From a virus (Duplodnaviria; Caudoviricetes): 34,519 bases of DNA. Shown piece after piece: positions 24,847-33,091 of the stretch. How positions within the stretch are numbered: position 1 is the stretch's first letter; the number at the start of each line of letters is the position of its first letter. The stretch lies in IMG/VR virus record IMGVR_UViG_3300037045_000353, positions 1-34,519 of that record; one strand, 5' to 3'. The translations under genes were made by a program, and so were the position numbers. The notes below the pieces were generated by a model. The model did no database searches. It was not told where the DNA came from and saw nothing but the letters and a program-made list of their open reading frames with translations.

Positions 24847-25746
24847 TCACAAGAACGGATCTTCGTCAGCTTTTGATTTTGATTCTTCTGGCTGTACGTC
24901 GACGATTGTAACTTCAGTTCCGTTATCGACAAATGAAGTATCAATGATGGCCTGACTAGTTACGGCTGACTGACGTACTCGAGATACGCTGTTATCCGCA
25001 TTAATGAGCTCACCTAGATGCTGTACTTCACCATTCTCTTTTTCAATCGATAGAGGGGCCGTTTTTAACAGACGAATAATGACGGTCTTTTTGGCCATCT
25101 CGACAAAATGGTCTTTCCACGGTCCCACGACGGCACCGTTGTACTTGGACTTTGTGAACCGGTCCCGATGGTTCTCGATCTGTTCTCGAGTCATGACGAC
25201 GAAGTCGTTCCCGCCATCTTTGAGGTGATAGACGGCGTACACATGAGTGACCTTATCCGGGTCTGATTCTCCACAAGGCACGTGATGCAAGTCTTTGTTG
25301 AGCCCATATGCATATTCGAACTCATCGCCTTCATACACTTCATGTGCATACAGTTGCTTCAACTCGCCAGAGCGACGCGCTAAGTCAATCGCTCCTTTGA
25401 AGCCCAGTTGAAACTGCGCCTCCATTTGCTTCGTCTTTCCGTTATAGAACGGCAAGATGTAGGCGTGTCCAATGAGGTTCGGTTCGACTCCTAGCGCCGC
25501 ACAGTTGACGATTGCGCCGACTAGGGTCATCTCATCACATTCGAATAGCTTTGGGTTCCGAGTTGCGGCGCTGATTGTCAGACGTGCCAGTCGCTCGGGT
25601 GTTACATGCTTCGGAACAAGCGACTGGATCGCCTTATAGTTGTCGTTGATGAGCGATTTGAGTCTTCGTTCGTTATCCCCTGCCTGCGCCGGCGCCTGTG
25701 CGCTTCGATTCGCCAACTGATTCTTTACGTCTGCAGTTTTTGCCAT
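24847..25746 (-). CDS. recT: RecT-family single-strand annealing protein
   Basis: LVPKHVTPERLAR, LGVEPNLIGHAYILPF, QFQLGFKGAIDLARRSG and PWKDHFVEMAKKTVI motifs. Confidence 0.95.
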   Translation of the reverse strand: MAKTADVKNQLANRSAQAPAQAGDNERRLKSLINDNYKAIQSLVPKHVTPERLARLTISAATRNPKLFECDEMTLVGAIVNCAALGVEPNLIGHAYILPFYNGKTKQMEAQFQLGFKGAIDLARRSGELKQLYAHEVYEGDEFEYAYGLNKDLHHVPCGESDPDKVTHVYAVYHLKDGGNDFVVMTREQIENHRDRFTKSKYNGAVVGPWKDHFVEMAKKTVIIRLLKTAPLSIEKENGEVQHLGELINADNSVSRVRQSAVTSQAIIDTSFVDNGTEVTIVDVQPEESKSKADEDPFL

Positions 25747-25748
25747 GA

Positions 25749-26702
25749 TTATTTAGCCTCCTTGATTGCAAATCTTCTTGTTGATTTTCCGATTTTGATG
25801 CATTGCGTGTAGATATCCGGATGCTCGAGTTTAAGTTTTTTCGAGTCGATGGTTTCGCGTGCTTTGACCGTCTTCCATTCGACAAAATGATTCTGAGCGA
25901 TACCGACTTCCGCTTCACCAATCAACGCCTTGAGTTTATTTTCCGCTTCCGTCTTTTGGACTTTCAGTTCTTCCAATCGTTCGCTTGTTTCTTGATACTG
26001 TTTAATCAAATCTTCTGCTTCATCTGGAAGCTCTGTCTCCGAGCCTTGTTCTGCTGTCGGGAACATCCGGCCAAGTAAATCACTCGATGCTTTCGAACCA
26101 TCGTAGGCCGGTGGCACTCTCTTGAGCACATGGTTGTTCCAGAAGTCAGACGCAATCTCGATGATGAACTGAATCATTTCTTCGTCTCGCTCGATCCGTT
26201 TGTAGATAAACTTTTGACCCCCGACAAGAACCGCAATCCATGCTGCTTCATATCCAGTGACCGCGAGATAATGCATAACTTGAATGATGTATTCTGCGGG
26301 TATCTCGTCCGCCTCCCATTCCTTCAAACGATAAGCAGAAGACGTTTTGCACTCGAGTATCTCTTTCTTACCGACCAAGACCCGGTCGAGGTTCGCAATC
26401 ATATAGGGATGATTTGGGTGTGCAAGCATTCTGTTGTCACGACGTACCTTATGACCCGTCTGGGATTGAAACTCTTTTGCAACAACGTCTTCGAGAACAT
26501 TGCCCCAATAAGCGGCTTCCCCTGCGATGTCTTCGACCACAGTTTCTCCGACCTTGTCTAAATAGACGCTCATCGCTGACTTGTATTTATTTAATCCTGC
26601 GATGGCAGAGATGTCTGAGCCGCCGATGCCATTACGACGCATCTCTAACCATTCATCACGACTCATCCCGCTCACGTTCGCCAGTGCAATCACGTTATTC
26701 AT
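25749..26702 (-). CDS. YqaJ-like (lambda-exonuclease family) recombination nuclease
   Basis: WLEMRRNGIGGSD, WGNVLEDVVA, ANLDR, LECKT and YIIQVMHYLAVTG motifs. Confidence 0.95.
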   Translation of the reverse strand: MNNVIALANVSGMSRDEWLEMRRNGIGGSDISAIAGLNKYKSAMSVYLDKVGETVVEDIAGEAAYWGNVLEDVVAKEFQSQTGHKVRRDNRMLAHPNHPYMIANLDRVLVGKKEILECKTSSAYRLKEWEADEIPAEYIIQVMHYLAVTGYEAAWIAVLVGGQKFIYKRIERDEEMIQFIIEIASDFWNNHVLKRVPPAYDGSKASSDLLGRMFPTAEQGSETELPDEAEDLIKQYQETSERLEELKVQKTEAENKLKALIGEAEVGIAQNHFVEWKTVKARETIDSKKLKLEHPDIYTQCIKIGKSTRRFAIKEAK

Positions 26703-27184
26703 TTGGTATCCTCCTCAATTTTCCGAATGTATTCTTGCTCTTCCTCCCACGACATGAACTCATCATGTTCACGGTCTGTTTGATAGACACGAATGCTATT
26801 TTTTCTCATGTCGATCCGCTCCTTTTCAGTTGGGTATTGGCGTGGAATTTCAAACAGTCTTCTTACTTTCAAGAGATACAGTCCTTCTGAGCGCTCTCGT
26901 GTGGTAGCCAAAGTGACAAGTGCATATTCGACGGCTGCCATCCAATCAACAAATTTGTATTTACGATTGAACTCCAAATGAGAGAGCGTCAATGCGTCCG
27001 TACAAAACGCCTCTTCATTTTTCAGTTCATCCATGCACGTGGTATACTTTCTCCATAAGATATAGTTACGTGCTTGATCTTCATCAAGGACAATTAGGCT
27101 GACCAAATAGTCCAGTCCTTCACGTCCTTGAGACAGACGTTCTTCTACGATGTCACGTAGAGCGTTCTCCAAAAGTTCATTCAC
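26699..27184 (-). CDS. Hypothetical early protein
   Basis: 161-aa ORF; AAGGGA RBS; ATGA coupling to the YqaJ-like gene. Confidence 0.75.
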   Translation of the reverse strand: MNELLENALRDIVEERLSQGREGLDYLVSLIVLDEDQARNYILWRKYTTCMDELKNEEAFCTDALTLSHLEFNRKYKFVDWMAAVEYALVTLATTRERSEGLYLLKVRRLFEIPRQYPTEKERIDMRKNSIRVYQTDREHDEFMSWEEEQEYIRKIEEDTK

Positions 27185-27204
27185 AGCTATATCCCTTCTT
27201 TCCG

Positions 27205-27232
27205 GACCGGCTCCGCATGGCCGGTCTTTTTT
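27205..27232 (+). terminator. Plus-strand terminator-like hairpin inside the minus-strand early operon
   Basis: GACCGGC-8 nt-GCCGGTC-TTTTTT. Confidence 0.55.
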
Positions 27233-27238
27233 GTTGTC

Positions 27239-27385
27239 TCATTTATTCAGCTTCTCTTCTTCTCGAGCTTTGGCCGCAGCTAGACGAGGAGCCGAGGTCT
27301 TTTTGAAAAACTGGACCATCGCCTTAGCCGTTTGTGGCGAAATACCAAAGTCGGCCGGGCTTTTTCTAAGTTGTTTCTCTTCCAT
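27239..27385 (-). CDS. 48-aa protein after cro (not in ORF track)
   Basis: MEEKQLRKSPADFGISPQTAKAMVQFFKKTSAPRLAAAKAREEEKLNK; AAAGGAG RBS. Confidence 0.7.
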   Translation of the reverse strand: MEEKQLRKSPADFGISPQTAKAMVQFFKKTSAPRLAAAKAREEEKLNK

Positions 27386-27402
27386 CTAGAATGCTCCTTT
27401 CT

Positions 27403-27633
27403 TTAAATCGCCAAGTGTTTTTCTAACTTAAAGTTAGGTTTTACTCTAAAAAAAATAATCTCGTCTGTTTCACACTCAAATAATTCAGCTAACAAGAGTG
27501 CTTGACGAATAGTAATCAATTCTGGATTCTTCTCTAATTTAGAGTAAGTTACGTAATGGACACCTAAATACTCCGCTACATCAGTCATTTTCAAATCATG
27601 ATGAGCACGCCATTCCTTAAGTGTTCGTTTCAT
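27403..27633 (-). CDS. cro: Cro-like XRE HTH regulator
   Basis: TLKEWRAHHDLKMTDVAEYLGVHYVTYSKLEKNP; divergent from cI; AAGGAGGTG RBS. Confidence 0.9.
   Translation of the reverse strand: MKRTLKEWRAHHDLKMTDVAEYLGVHYVTYSKLEKNPELITIRQALLLAELFECETDEIIFFRVKPNFKLEKHLAI
27423..27437. promoter_or_regulatory. Operator palindrome inside the 3' end of cro
   Basis: CTAACTTAAAGTTAG, the best match to the switch-region consensus. Confidence 0.75.
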
Positions 27634-27653
27634 CGTATCACCTCCTTGAACAA

Positions 27654-27761
27654 ACTATAACCTAACATAAAGTTAGAAGTCAATCACAAAACCTAACTTT
27701 TATTTAATGATAAAACACTTTACACTAACTTTCATTCATATTATCCTTAATTTAAAGTTAG
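27654..27761. promoter_or_regulatory. Lysis-lysogeny switch: divergent promoters and operators
   Basis: Minus TTGACT-18-TATAGT (27683-27654); plus TTTACA-17-TATCCT (27719-27747). Operators CTAACATAAAGTTAG (27662), CTAACTTTTATTTAA (27693), half-site at 27725 and TTAATTTAAAGTTAG (27747). Confidence 0.8.
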
Positions 27762-27772
27762 GAGGTGAAAAT

Positions 27773-28429
27773 TTGGATTTCGCAAAAAATATTAAGAAAT
27801 TACGTGAAGAGAAAAAGTGGAGTAAGAAAGAAATGGCCGATTTTTTACAGGTTTCTGATGTAACAATTCACTATTGGGAAACTGGAAGAAATGAACCTAG
27901 AATGGGACGAGTAGAAGAGATTGCAAAGAAATTTGATATTAAGGTTTCTGAATTAATCGGAAAAAATGCAATAGATGCTTCTCTTCCCCCCGACGCGATC
28001 ACTCGTATCACTGCATCGAATTATAAAATCCCAGTGTACGGCAGCATATCAGCCGGCATCCCGCTCGAGGCGATTGAGAACCTGACGGAGACGTCGGTTC
28101 CGGATCACGTCATTCTCAAGCATGGAGAAGACAAGCTGTTCGGTTTGCTCGTAAGAGGCGATTCGATGAACAAGATTGTCCATGATGGTCATTACGCTAT
28201 CCTGTGTAAAACGGATCGTGTGGAGTCTGGTGAAGTGGCTGCGGTGATCGTGAATGGATATGACGCTACGTTAAAGCGCGTCATTCTGTTAGATCGAGGA
28301 GTCTTGCTGGAGCCATCAAGCTACAACCCGGAGCACACGCCTAAGATGTATCTTGATGAAGAAGCGAAGGATATTAAAGTGATCGGCAAGTTGGTGGCCG
28401 TTATGTCGCCGCCAGATTTTAAGTTTTAA
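27773..28429 (+). CDS. cI: CI-like repressor with S24 autopeptidase domain
   Basis: XRE HTH; Ala-Gly site ISAG; catalytic GDSM and TLKR; AGGAGGTG RBS before TTG 27773. Confidence 0.95.
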   Translation: MDFAKNIKKLREEKKWSKKEMADFLQVSDVTIHYWETGRNEPRMGRVEEIAKKFDIKVSELIGKNAIDASLPPDAITRITASNYKIPVYGSISAGIPLEAIENLTETSVPDHVILKHGEDKLFGLLVRGDSMNKIVHDGHYAILCKTDRVESGEVAAVIVNGYDATLKRVILLDRGVLLEPSSYNPEHTPKMYLDEEAKDIKVIGKLVAVMSPPDFKF

Positions 28430-28576
28430 GCATTTTATAGGGAATTACGAATTGAAAAAGTATTATTTTTCTTAGCCTTAACGAATTACAAAAGTATTTT
28501 TTTGTCCTATATACGAGACTCAAATACTTTTTGATTTCGTTACGTTCTATCTCTCCAAAGCAAAAGTATTGCATTT

Positions 28577-28598
28577 GACGCCATTTGGCGTCTTTTTT
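28577..28598 (+). terminator. Intrinsic terminator downstream of cI
   Basis: GACGCCA-TT-TGGCGTC-TTTTTT. Confidence 0.75.
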
Positions 28599-28729
28599 AT
28601 TCGACATGCTCGAAAACTCATGTCGAATCATTCCTGCTATACGCTTACATCTATATGTAATTTTGCTCTCATGGTCTGATATGATTGTATTAAATTGTAA
28701 GTCTATGTTTTCCCCGAGGAGCAAGTTAA

Positions 28730-28882
28730 ATGCGAAATAAAATCAGCTTACTAATGATTATCGGAGGTATTGCAGCACTAACTCAGACTATTCTGGGGCA
28801 CTATAATGTCTTAACGATTATTACGATTCTTTGTTGTTTGTGTTGGTTTGTAATTTGTACATATGAAAGTGCTAAGGAATAA
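28730..28882 (+). CDS. 50-aa two-TM membrane protein (not in ORF track)
   Basis: MRNKISLLMIIGGIAALTQTILGHYNVLTIITILCCLCWFVICTYESAKE; GAGGAG RBS. Confidence 0.6.
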   Translation: MRNKISLLMIIGGIAALTQTILGHYNVLTIITILCCLCWFVICTYESAKE

Positions 28883-28916
28883 CCTGATTTCATAACATTC
28901 AAAAGGAGTGTATTCG

Positions 28917-29402
28917 ATGGGTAAGTTCGAAAAAATTAATCACCGCTTTGCTATCGTGGAGTATCCAATTACATTACAAGAGATGGACGAAATTAAGATG
29001 GAATTCCCTAAGTCAGAACGCGCTTTTTATGAAATCACTTTAAAGGCTCTGAAGAAATCTTTAAAACCTACTGACGAAATCTTTGGATTCGAAGGTGTAC
29101 AACCAACATTCACTCATATGGGTTTTCTCGTACTAATGCAAAATGAAGTCATTCTTTCTATCCATAAAGGTGGTTTAATGCCTAGTGCAACACTGGAACG
29201 AATACCGATGAATAAAATCACTGAAGTAGATTTCGACATTATCCCTGCCCCTATAAATCCGTTCAATGTAAACGAGGGAGAAATCCACATTACATACAAA
29301 AAAGGATTTGGATCGAAAAAATATACTATACGTAATGTACCAACAATCAACCTGGATAGTTTAGTCGCCCGGATACGTAACTTTGTTAAAACATCTGGCT
29401 GA
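28917..29402 (+). CDS. Bacterial PH-domain-like protein
   Basis: LKPTDEIF...GFLVLMQNEVILSIHKG...ERIPMNKITEVDF...GEIHITY pattern; AAAGGAGTG RBS. Confidence 0.65.
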   Translation: MGKFEKINHRFAIVEYPITLQEMDEIKMEFPKSERAFYEITLKALKKSLKPTDEIFGFEGVQPTFTHMGFLVLMQNEVILSIHKGGLMPSATLERIPMNKITEVDFDIIPAPINPFNVNEGEIHITYKKGFGSKKYTIRNVPTINLDSLVARIRNFVKTSG

Positions 29403-29425
29403 TATAAAACTGTTACGTTCACCAT

Positions 29426-29462
29426 AAAAAAGAAACTCATCAGATGCGATGAGTTTCTTTTT
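29426..29462. terminator. Bidirectional terminator
   Basis: AAAAAAGAAACTCATC-AGATGC-GATGAGTTTCTTTTT between convergent genes. Confidence 0.88.
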
Positions 29463-29467
29463 GTTGT

Positions 29468-29656
29468 TCAATTATCCACAGCCCTAGGCTTCTTATTGCC
29501 ACCATAAAAAATCATAGATGTGGCAATAATAATACAAATTAAACCACCAAGACTTGTAGTAATTATTGAAAGCTGTTCGTCAAAAAATGCTTTACTTATA
29601 CCAAGGAATATAAGAAATAACCACCCTATTAGGTTAATCTTATTTTTTTTAGACAC
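29468..29656 (-). CDS. 62-aa two-TM membrane protein
   Basis: AGGAGG RBS before GTG 29656; two hydrophobic segments. Confidence 0.7.
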   Translation of the reverse strand: MSKKNKINLIGWLFLIFLGISKAFFDEQLSIITTSLGGLICIIIATSMIFYGGNKKPRAVDN

Positions 29657-29666
29657 TTTATTTCCT

Positions 29667-29770
29667 CCTAACGAACTAATCAGCAAATGATATTGAATAG
29701 CTAAATTACCCTAAATGAAAACCACCCATTTGAACTACCACGTAAGTCAGATTTCATGTCCAACTTTTAT
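29667..29770. repeat. ~105-bp imperfect direct repeat, copy 1
   Basis: CCTAACGAACTA...ATTGAA...CTAAAT...AAAACCACCC.TTTGAACT...AGTC.GATTT...TCCAACTTT, shared with 30627-30732 (offset 960). Confidence 0.88.
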
Positions 29771-29809
29771 CGAACTTTCATTTTCTACTCTTTTGCAGAA
29801 TTGAAAGAA

Positions 29810-29859
29810 AAGCGACTCTCGAGGCGAACCTGAAGGTGGATCGAGTCGATGCGTCGCTT
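29810..29859 (-). terminator. GC-rich long hairpin downstream of the lipoprotein gene
   Basis: AAGCGAC...TCGA...ACC-TGAA-GGT...TCGA...GTCGCTT, with a U-rich tail on the minus strand. Confidence 0.55.
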
Positions 29860-29899
29860 CGTTTATAGATACTCAAGATAGTTGAATTATAAAAATTTA

Positions 29900-30424
29900 T
29901 TACTCAAAAGTTTCGATGGTCCTTAGAACTCTCGTATATATTTCCTTTACACTACTTTCATTCTCAACATCATTATAAAGACCAAATTCCCAATACGAAT
30001 ACTCATCTTGAGTCTTCTGCAAATATCCTGCAATGTATGAATCAGGAATATCAGGGGCATCTTCATATGCTAGGTCTTCTAATACAAAAGGTAAAAATCC
30101 TTTAGTAGTCCCAACAAAAAGTATTGGTATTGTCATTTCTTTATATACATTTATATATTTTTCTTCATCAGCTTGTGTTAAATGATCTTGCATGATAAAT
30201 ATTCCGTCAAACCTTTCGGAAGTTGATTTTGTATCTTCAAGATCTTCGAAAGATATGGCCGTAAATTTAACACTATCCTCTTTAATATCAGGGCTACTTC
30301 CTATAACACCTATATCTAAGTTTTTACCTTTGTAGACTGTAGGTTTTACTTCTGACGAATATTCGGATGTACATCCTAACAAAGTCATCACACTCAAAAG
30401 AAAAATTAAAAGTATTTTTTTCAT
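29900..30424 (-). CDS. Lipoprotein of unknown function
   Basis: MKKILLIFLLSVMTLLGC signal peptide II and lipobox; AAAGGAG RBS. Confidence 0.88.
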   Translation of the reverse strand: MKKILLIFLLSVMTLLGCTSEYSSEVKPTVYKGKNLDIGVIGSSPDIKEDSVKFTAISFEDLEDTKSTSERFDGIFIMQDHLTQADEEKYINVYKEMTIPILFVGTTKGFLPFVLEDLAYEDAPDIPDSYIAGYLQKTQDEYSYWEFGLYNDVENESSVKEIYTRVLRTIETFE

Positions 30425-30626
30425 GAAAAGACTCCTTTTCATCATCAACGTAAATCATACCTTATGTACATCAATCAACCTAATTACTACTAAAAATTCA
30501 ATTCACTCTTTGTGTTCCACTAATAAAAAGATAACTTATGTTTAAATATTATTGCGAATTACCATTATTTTCAACGTGCAAATTATTATTATCGGGCTTA
30601 TGTTATATCGTTGTAAATTACTCCAG

Positions 30627-30756
30627 CCTAACGAACTATTTTGCTATTGAAATTGAACAACTAAATAAGTGCAAACAAAAACCACCCGTTTTGAACTGCC
30701 CATAATAGTCGGATTTTTAGATCCAACTTTATGGTGTAGTTCAAAGGGTGGTTTTT
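30627..30756. repeat. Direct repeat copy 2, including an ~80-bp palindrome with IS3-like inverted ends (terminator of the nuclease operon)
   Basis: AAAACCACCC-GTTTTGAACTGCCCATAATAGTCGGAT...ATCCAACTTTATGGTGTAGTTCAAA-GGGTGGTTTT. Confidence 0.85.
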
Positions 30757-31472
30757 TAATTAGGAGATGGTTCAGGTTCATATTGAGATTGGTTAGGATG
30801 TTCTGTGATTAAATCGTTAATTGAAATATCTTGAGACATAGCAAATATTTTATCGTTAATTAATCCATTAAACGATTTCCCAGTTGCTAATTGATTAAAA
30901 TCATCGATATTAAAATCAATAATATAAGTTTTACTGTCTTTCAGTAGAAGCTTTTTTGTGAGACCAGTTCCGTTCACCCATCCTGATCCAGACAATCCAT
31001 GATAATTGAATAGTATCCCTAATGAGTTTTGTGTATATGACATTAAAGAAGCAAATTTCCCAACCCAAGTAGAAGCGATTCGCTTATCATAGTTTTTACA
31101 TTCAGCTATAAACTTCTCATGGCTAATCTCTAAGCCATGCTTTAAAAGTTGTCTGCCCTTAGGATTAAGTCTAACTAAAATATCTATCTCATTTGAAGAC
31201 GTTCTCAAATTTTGATATCCATCAAAAATGACAGATTTATCGATAACAAACTTCACTAAATTTTCAAGAGCCAGACCTTTCTCATTAGTCGAAGCCGAAG
31301 ATGCGTTTGTCGTTTTAAAACGCTCTAACAATTCACCGTATTCTTCCATTTCTTCCTTGCTATAACTAAGCATTGTGTCTAAAACATTTACTTCTTCGCC
31401 TAGTTGTTCTTCAAGAAAACGCTTTTGAACATCCAAGTATTCGCCTAAATTAAAACCTAAATCCTGCCTCAT
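30756..31472 (-). CDS. PD-(D/E)xK restriction-endonuclease-fold (Mrr-like) nuclease
   Basis: KGLALENLV (motif I), NEIDILV (motif II) and IAECKNY (ExK); ATGA-coupled to the upstream gene. Confidence 0.85.
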   Translation of the reverse strand: MRQDLGFNLGEYLDVQKRFLEEQLGEEVNVLDTMLSYSKEEMEEYGELLERFKTTNASSASTNEKGLALENLVKFVIDKSVIFDGYQNLRTSSNEIDILVRLNPKGRQLLKHGLEISHEKFIAECKNYDKRIASTWVGKFASLMSYTQNSLGILFNYHGLSGSGWVNGTGLTKKLLLKDSKTYIIDFNIDDFNQLATGKSFNGLINDKIFAMSQDISINDLITEHPNQSQYEPEPSPN

Positions 31473-31840
31473 ACTACAAGCACCCGATATATAACAATCA
31501 CGTTTTCATAGGAATCAAAATCATTATCACAATTGTCACAAGAGTGAGTAATGGGTAAGTCATTTAAACTACTGTAGATTTCACCTGTAGAGTATTTACA
31601 ACTAGGACAATAAACTTCGTATTGTCTCTCAATATACCCCAAATTTTCTATTTGAGTAAGAATTTCATATGTTTTTTTCATATCAATTCCAACAGTTCTA
31701 ATAAATGATCCGGGGTAAATATACTTTCTTCTTTCATTATTGTAGAAAGAAAGTTGTTTACTGAACTTCTGGACTTGGAGTGAATTCAGGTTCTTCATTA
31801 AGATAGTCTGTTCTATTTTCGATAAGGTATTTGGTAACAT
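31469..31840 (-). CDS. Winged-helix plus Zn-ribbon protein
   Basis: YIYPGSFIRTVGIDMKKTYEILTQIENLGYI, then CPSC...CDNC; GGAGAGG RBS 7 nt before ATG 31840. Confidence 0.8.
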   Translation of the reverse strand: MLPNTLSKIEQTILMKNLNSLQVQKFSKQLSFYNNERRKYIYPGSFIRTVGIDMKKTYEILTQIENLGYIERQYEVYCPSCKYSTGEIYSSLNDLPITHSCDNCDNDFDSYENVIVIYRVLVV

Positions 31841-32888
31841 CATTCATCCTCTCCATTTCAGCATTGCTACCATAATAGTTCAACAGTGTATAAACAGGTA
31901 AAAACGAGAATTTAACTTTAACTGCTCTTGCTTTTACTTCATGGGTCCAAGTAAGTGAAAGCCAAGGCATATTTGATGTACGCTCTGTTTCCATGATAAA
32001 GTTTTCAATTAATTCTTTAATCGACTTTGTTTCTTCATTTGATTCGAATAATTGTAAATTGTCTGCAATTAAGTATTGTAATTCCCCTAGTAAAGGTAAC
32101 ACAAACTCATCATTAATTCCTGTGTCTAGAATAGCTTTCGAACCAGTCGCTAAATCCATTGCTTGAGCAGAAACACGGATATCTCCGTTTCTTTGGAGTC
32201 GCGGTTTGATAAATTCAATTACAGGAGCCAGGTTTATCGGAGACAAATCCCATCCTAGATTTTGTCCTAACCATGACTCGACATAGGCTATTTGCTTTGT
32301 GTAAAAATTGTCATCGCCATTTCCGCTTCTAAAGTACCCTTTAGTTTTATCTAAACGAATTTCTACCGCATTTAATTCTTTATGGATTAATACAAGAATT
32401 GGATATTTAATTATTCTTTGATTATCGTCTCGAATTGGTAAATATCCTGTGATTTCATTAGAGAACTTCAAGCAGTCAATAGAATCGTTTAATTTTCTAT
32501 ATGTAGGACTTACTCCAACCATCTCATCTGAAAATCGAGTGCATTGATCATTTGCATTCGATTCGTAAGATATTATAGAACCTCTTTCTATTAAAGCTTC
32601 TATCACTGAAATGTCATAATTAACTAAATCAAACAATGTTGCATATTTATATGTATGAAAATACTCTAAATCTTCAACGTGTCTGATTAGTTCATCTGGA
32701 TTGGCATCAAAAACAGTATTTAATTGTGTGAGAAGTGATGCATCTGGCGCCACTACTACTGTATCTCCAAATAAACTACCTGATGAAGAAATAACACTAT
32801 TTTGTTCCAATCTTTTTTTTACTTTCTCTTGAGAATATTTAGGATATGTAGATGCCAAAGTGGTTTTTATAATGTCTTTATAAATCAT
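31758..32888 (-). CDS. Hypothetical 376-aa protein, first gene of the nuclease operon
   Basis: Long ORF in AT-rich DNA; GGGTG RBS; no recognised motif or TM segment. Confidence 0.85.
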   Translation of the reverse strand: MIYKDIIKTTLASTYPKYSQEKVKKRLEQNSVISSSGSLFGDTVVVAPDASLLTQLNTVFDANPDELIRHVEDLEYFHTYKYATLFDLVNYDISVIEALIERGSIISYESNANDQCTRFSDEMVGVSPTYRKLNDSIDCLKFSNEITGYLPIRDDNQRIIKYPILVLIHKELNAVEIRLDKTKGYFRSGNGDDNFYTKQIAYVESWLGQNLGWDLSPINLAPVIEFIKPRLQRNGDIRVSAQAMDLATGSKAILDTGINDEFVLPLLGELQYLIADNLQLFESNEETKSIKELIENFIMETERTSNMPWLSLTWTHEVKARAVKVKFSFLPVYTLLNYYGSNAEMERMNDVTKYLIENRTDYLNEEPEFTPSPEVQ

Positions 32889-32928
32889 TTCTTCACCCCA
32901 ATTTTAGTTTTCCGTAGATTGCTTATTC

Positions 32929-32957
32929 ATTATATATCACTCTTATATAAGATTGAA
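32929..32957 (-). promoter_or_regulatory. SigA-type promoter of the three-gene operon
   Basis: TTCAAT-17 bp-TATAAT on the minus strand. Confidence 0.6.
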
Positions 32958-33091
32958 TTGGTTTTTATTTTTTGAAGTCAACATTTAACTACTAAATCAG
33001 TCCAAATACTTCACTTTAACACCAATCTTGTTTATCAGAATATTTCCTTACTTTTTTAAATGAAATATAGTATCAATAGGAGGCGATTTAC

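Noticed and set aside
28419-28724. 101-aa minus-strand ORF after cI
   Set aside because: No clear RBS; it spans the terminator, motif array and promoter-like DNA.
29472-29480. Second perfect DnaA box TTATCCACA
   Set aside because: Isolated and within the last codons of a CDS; probably chance.
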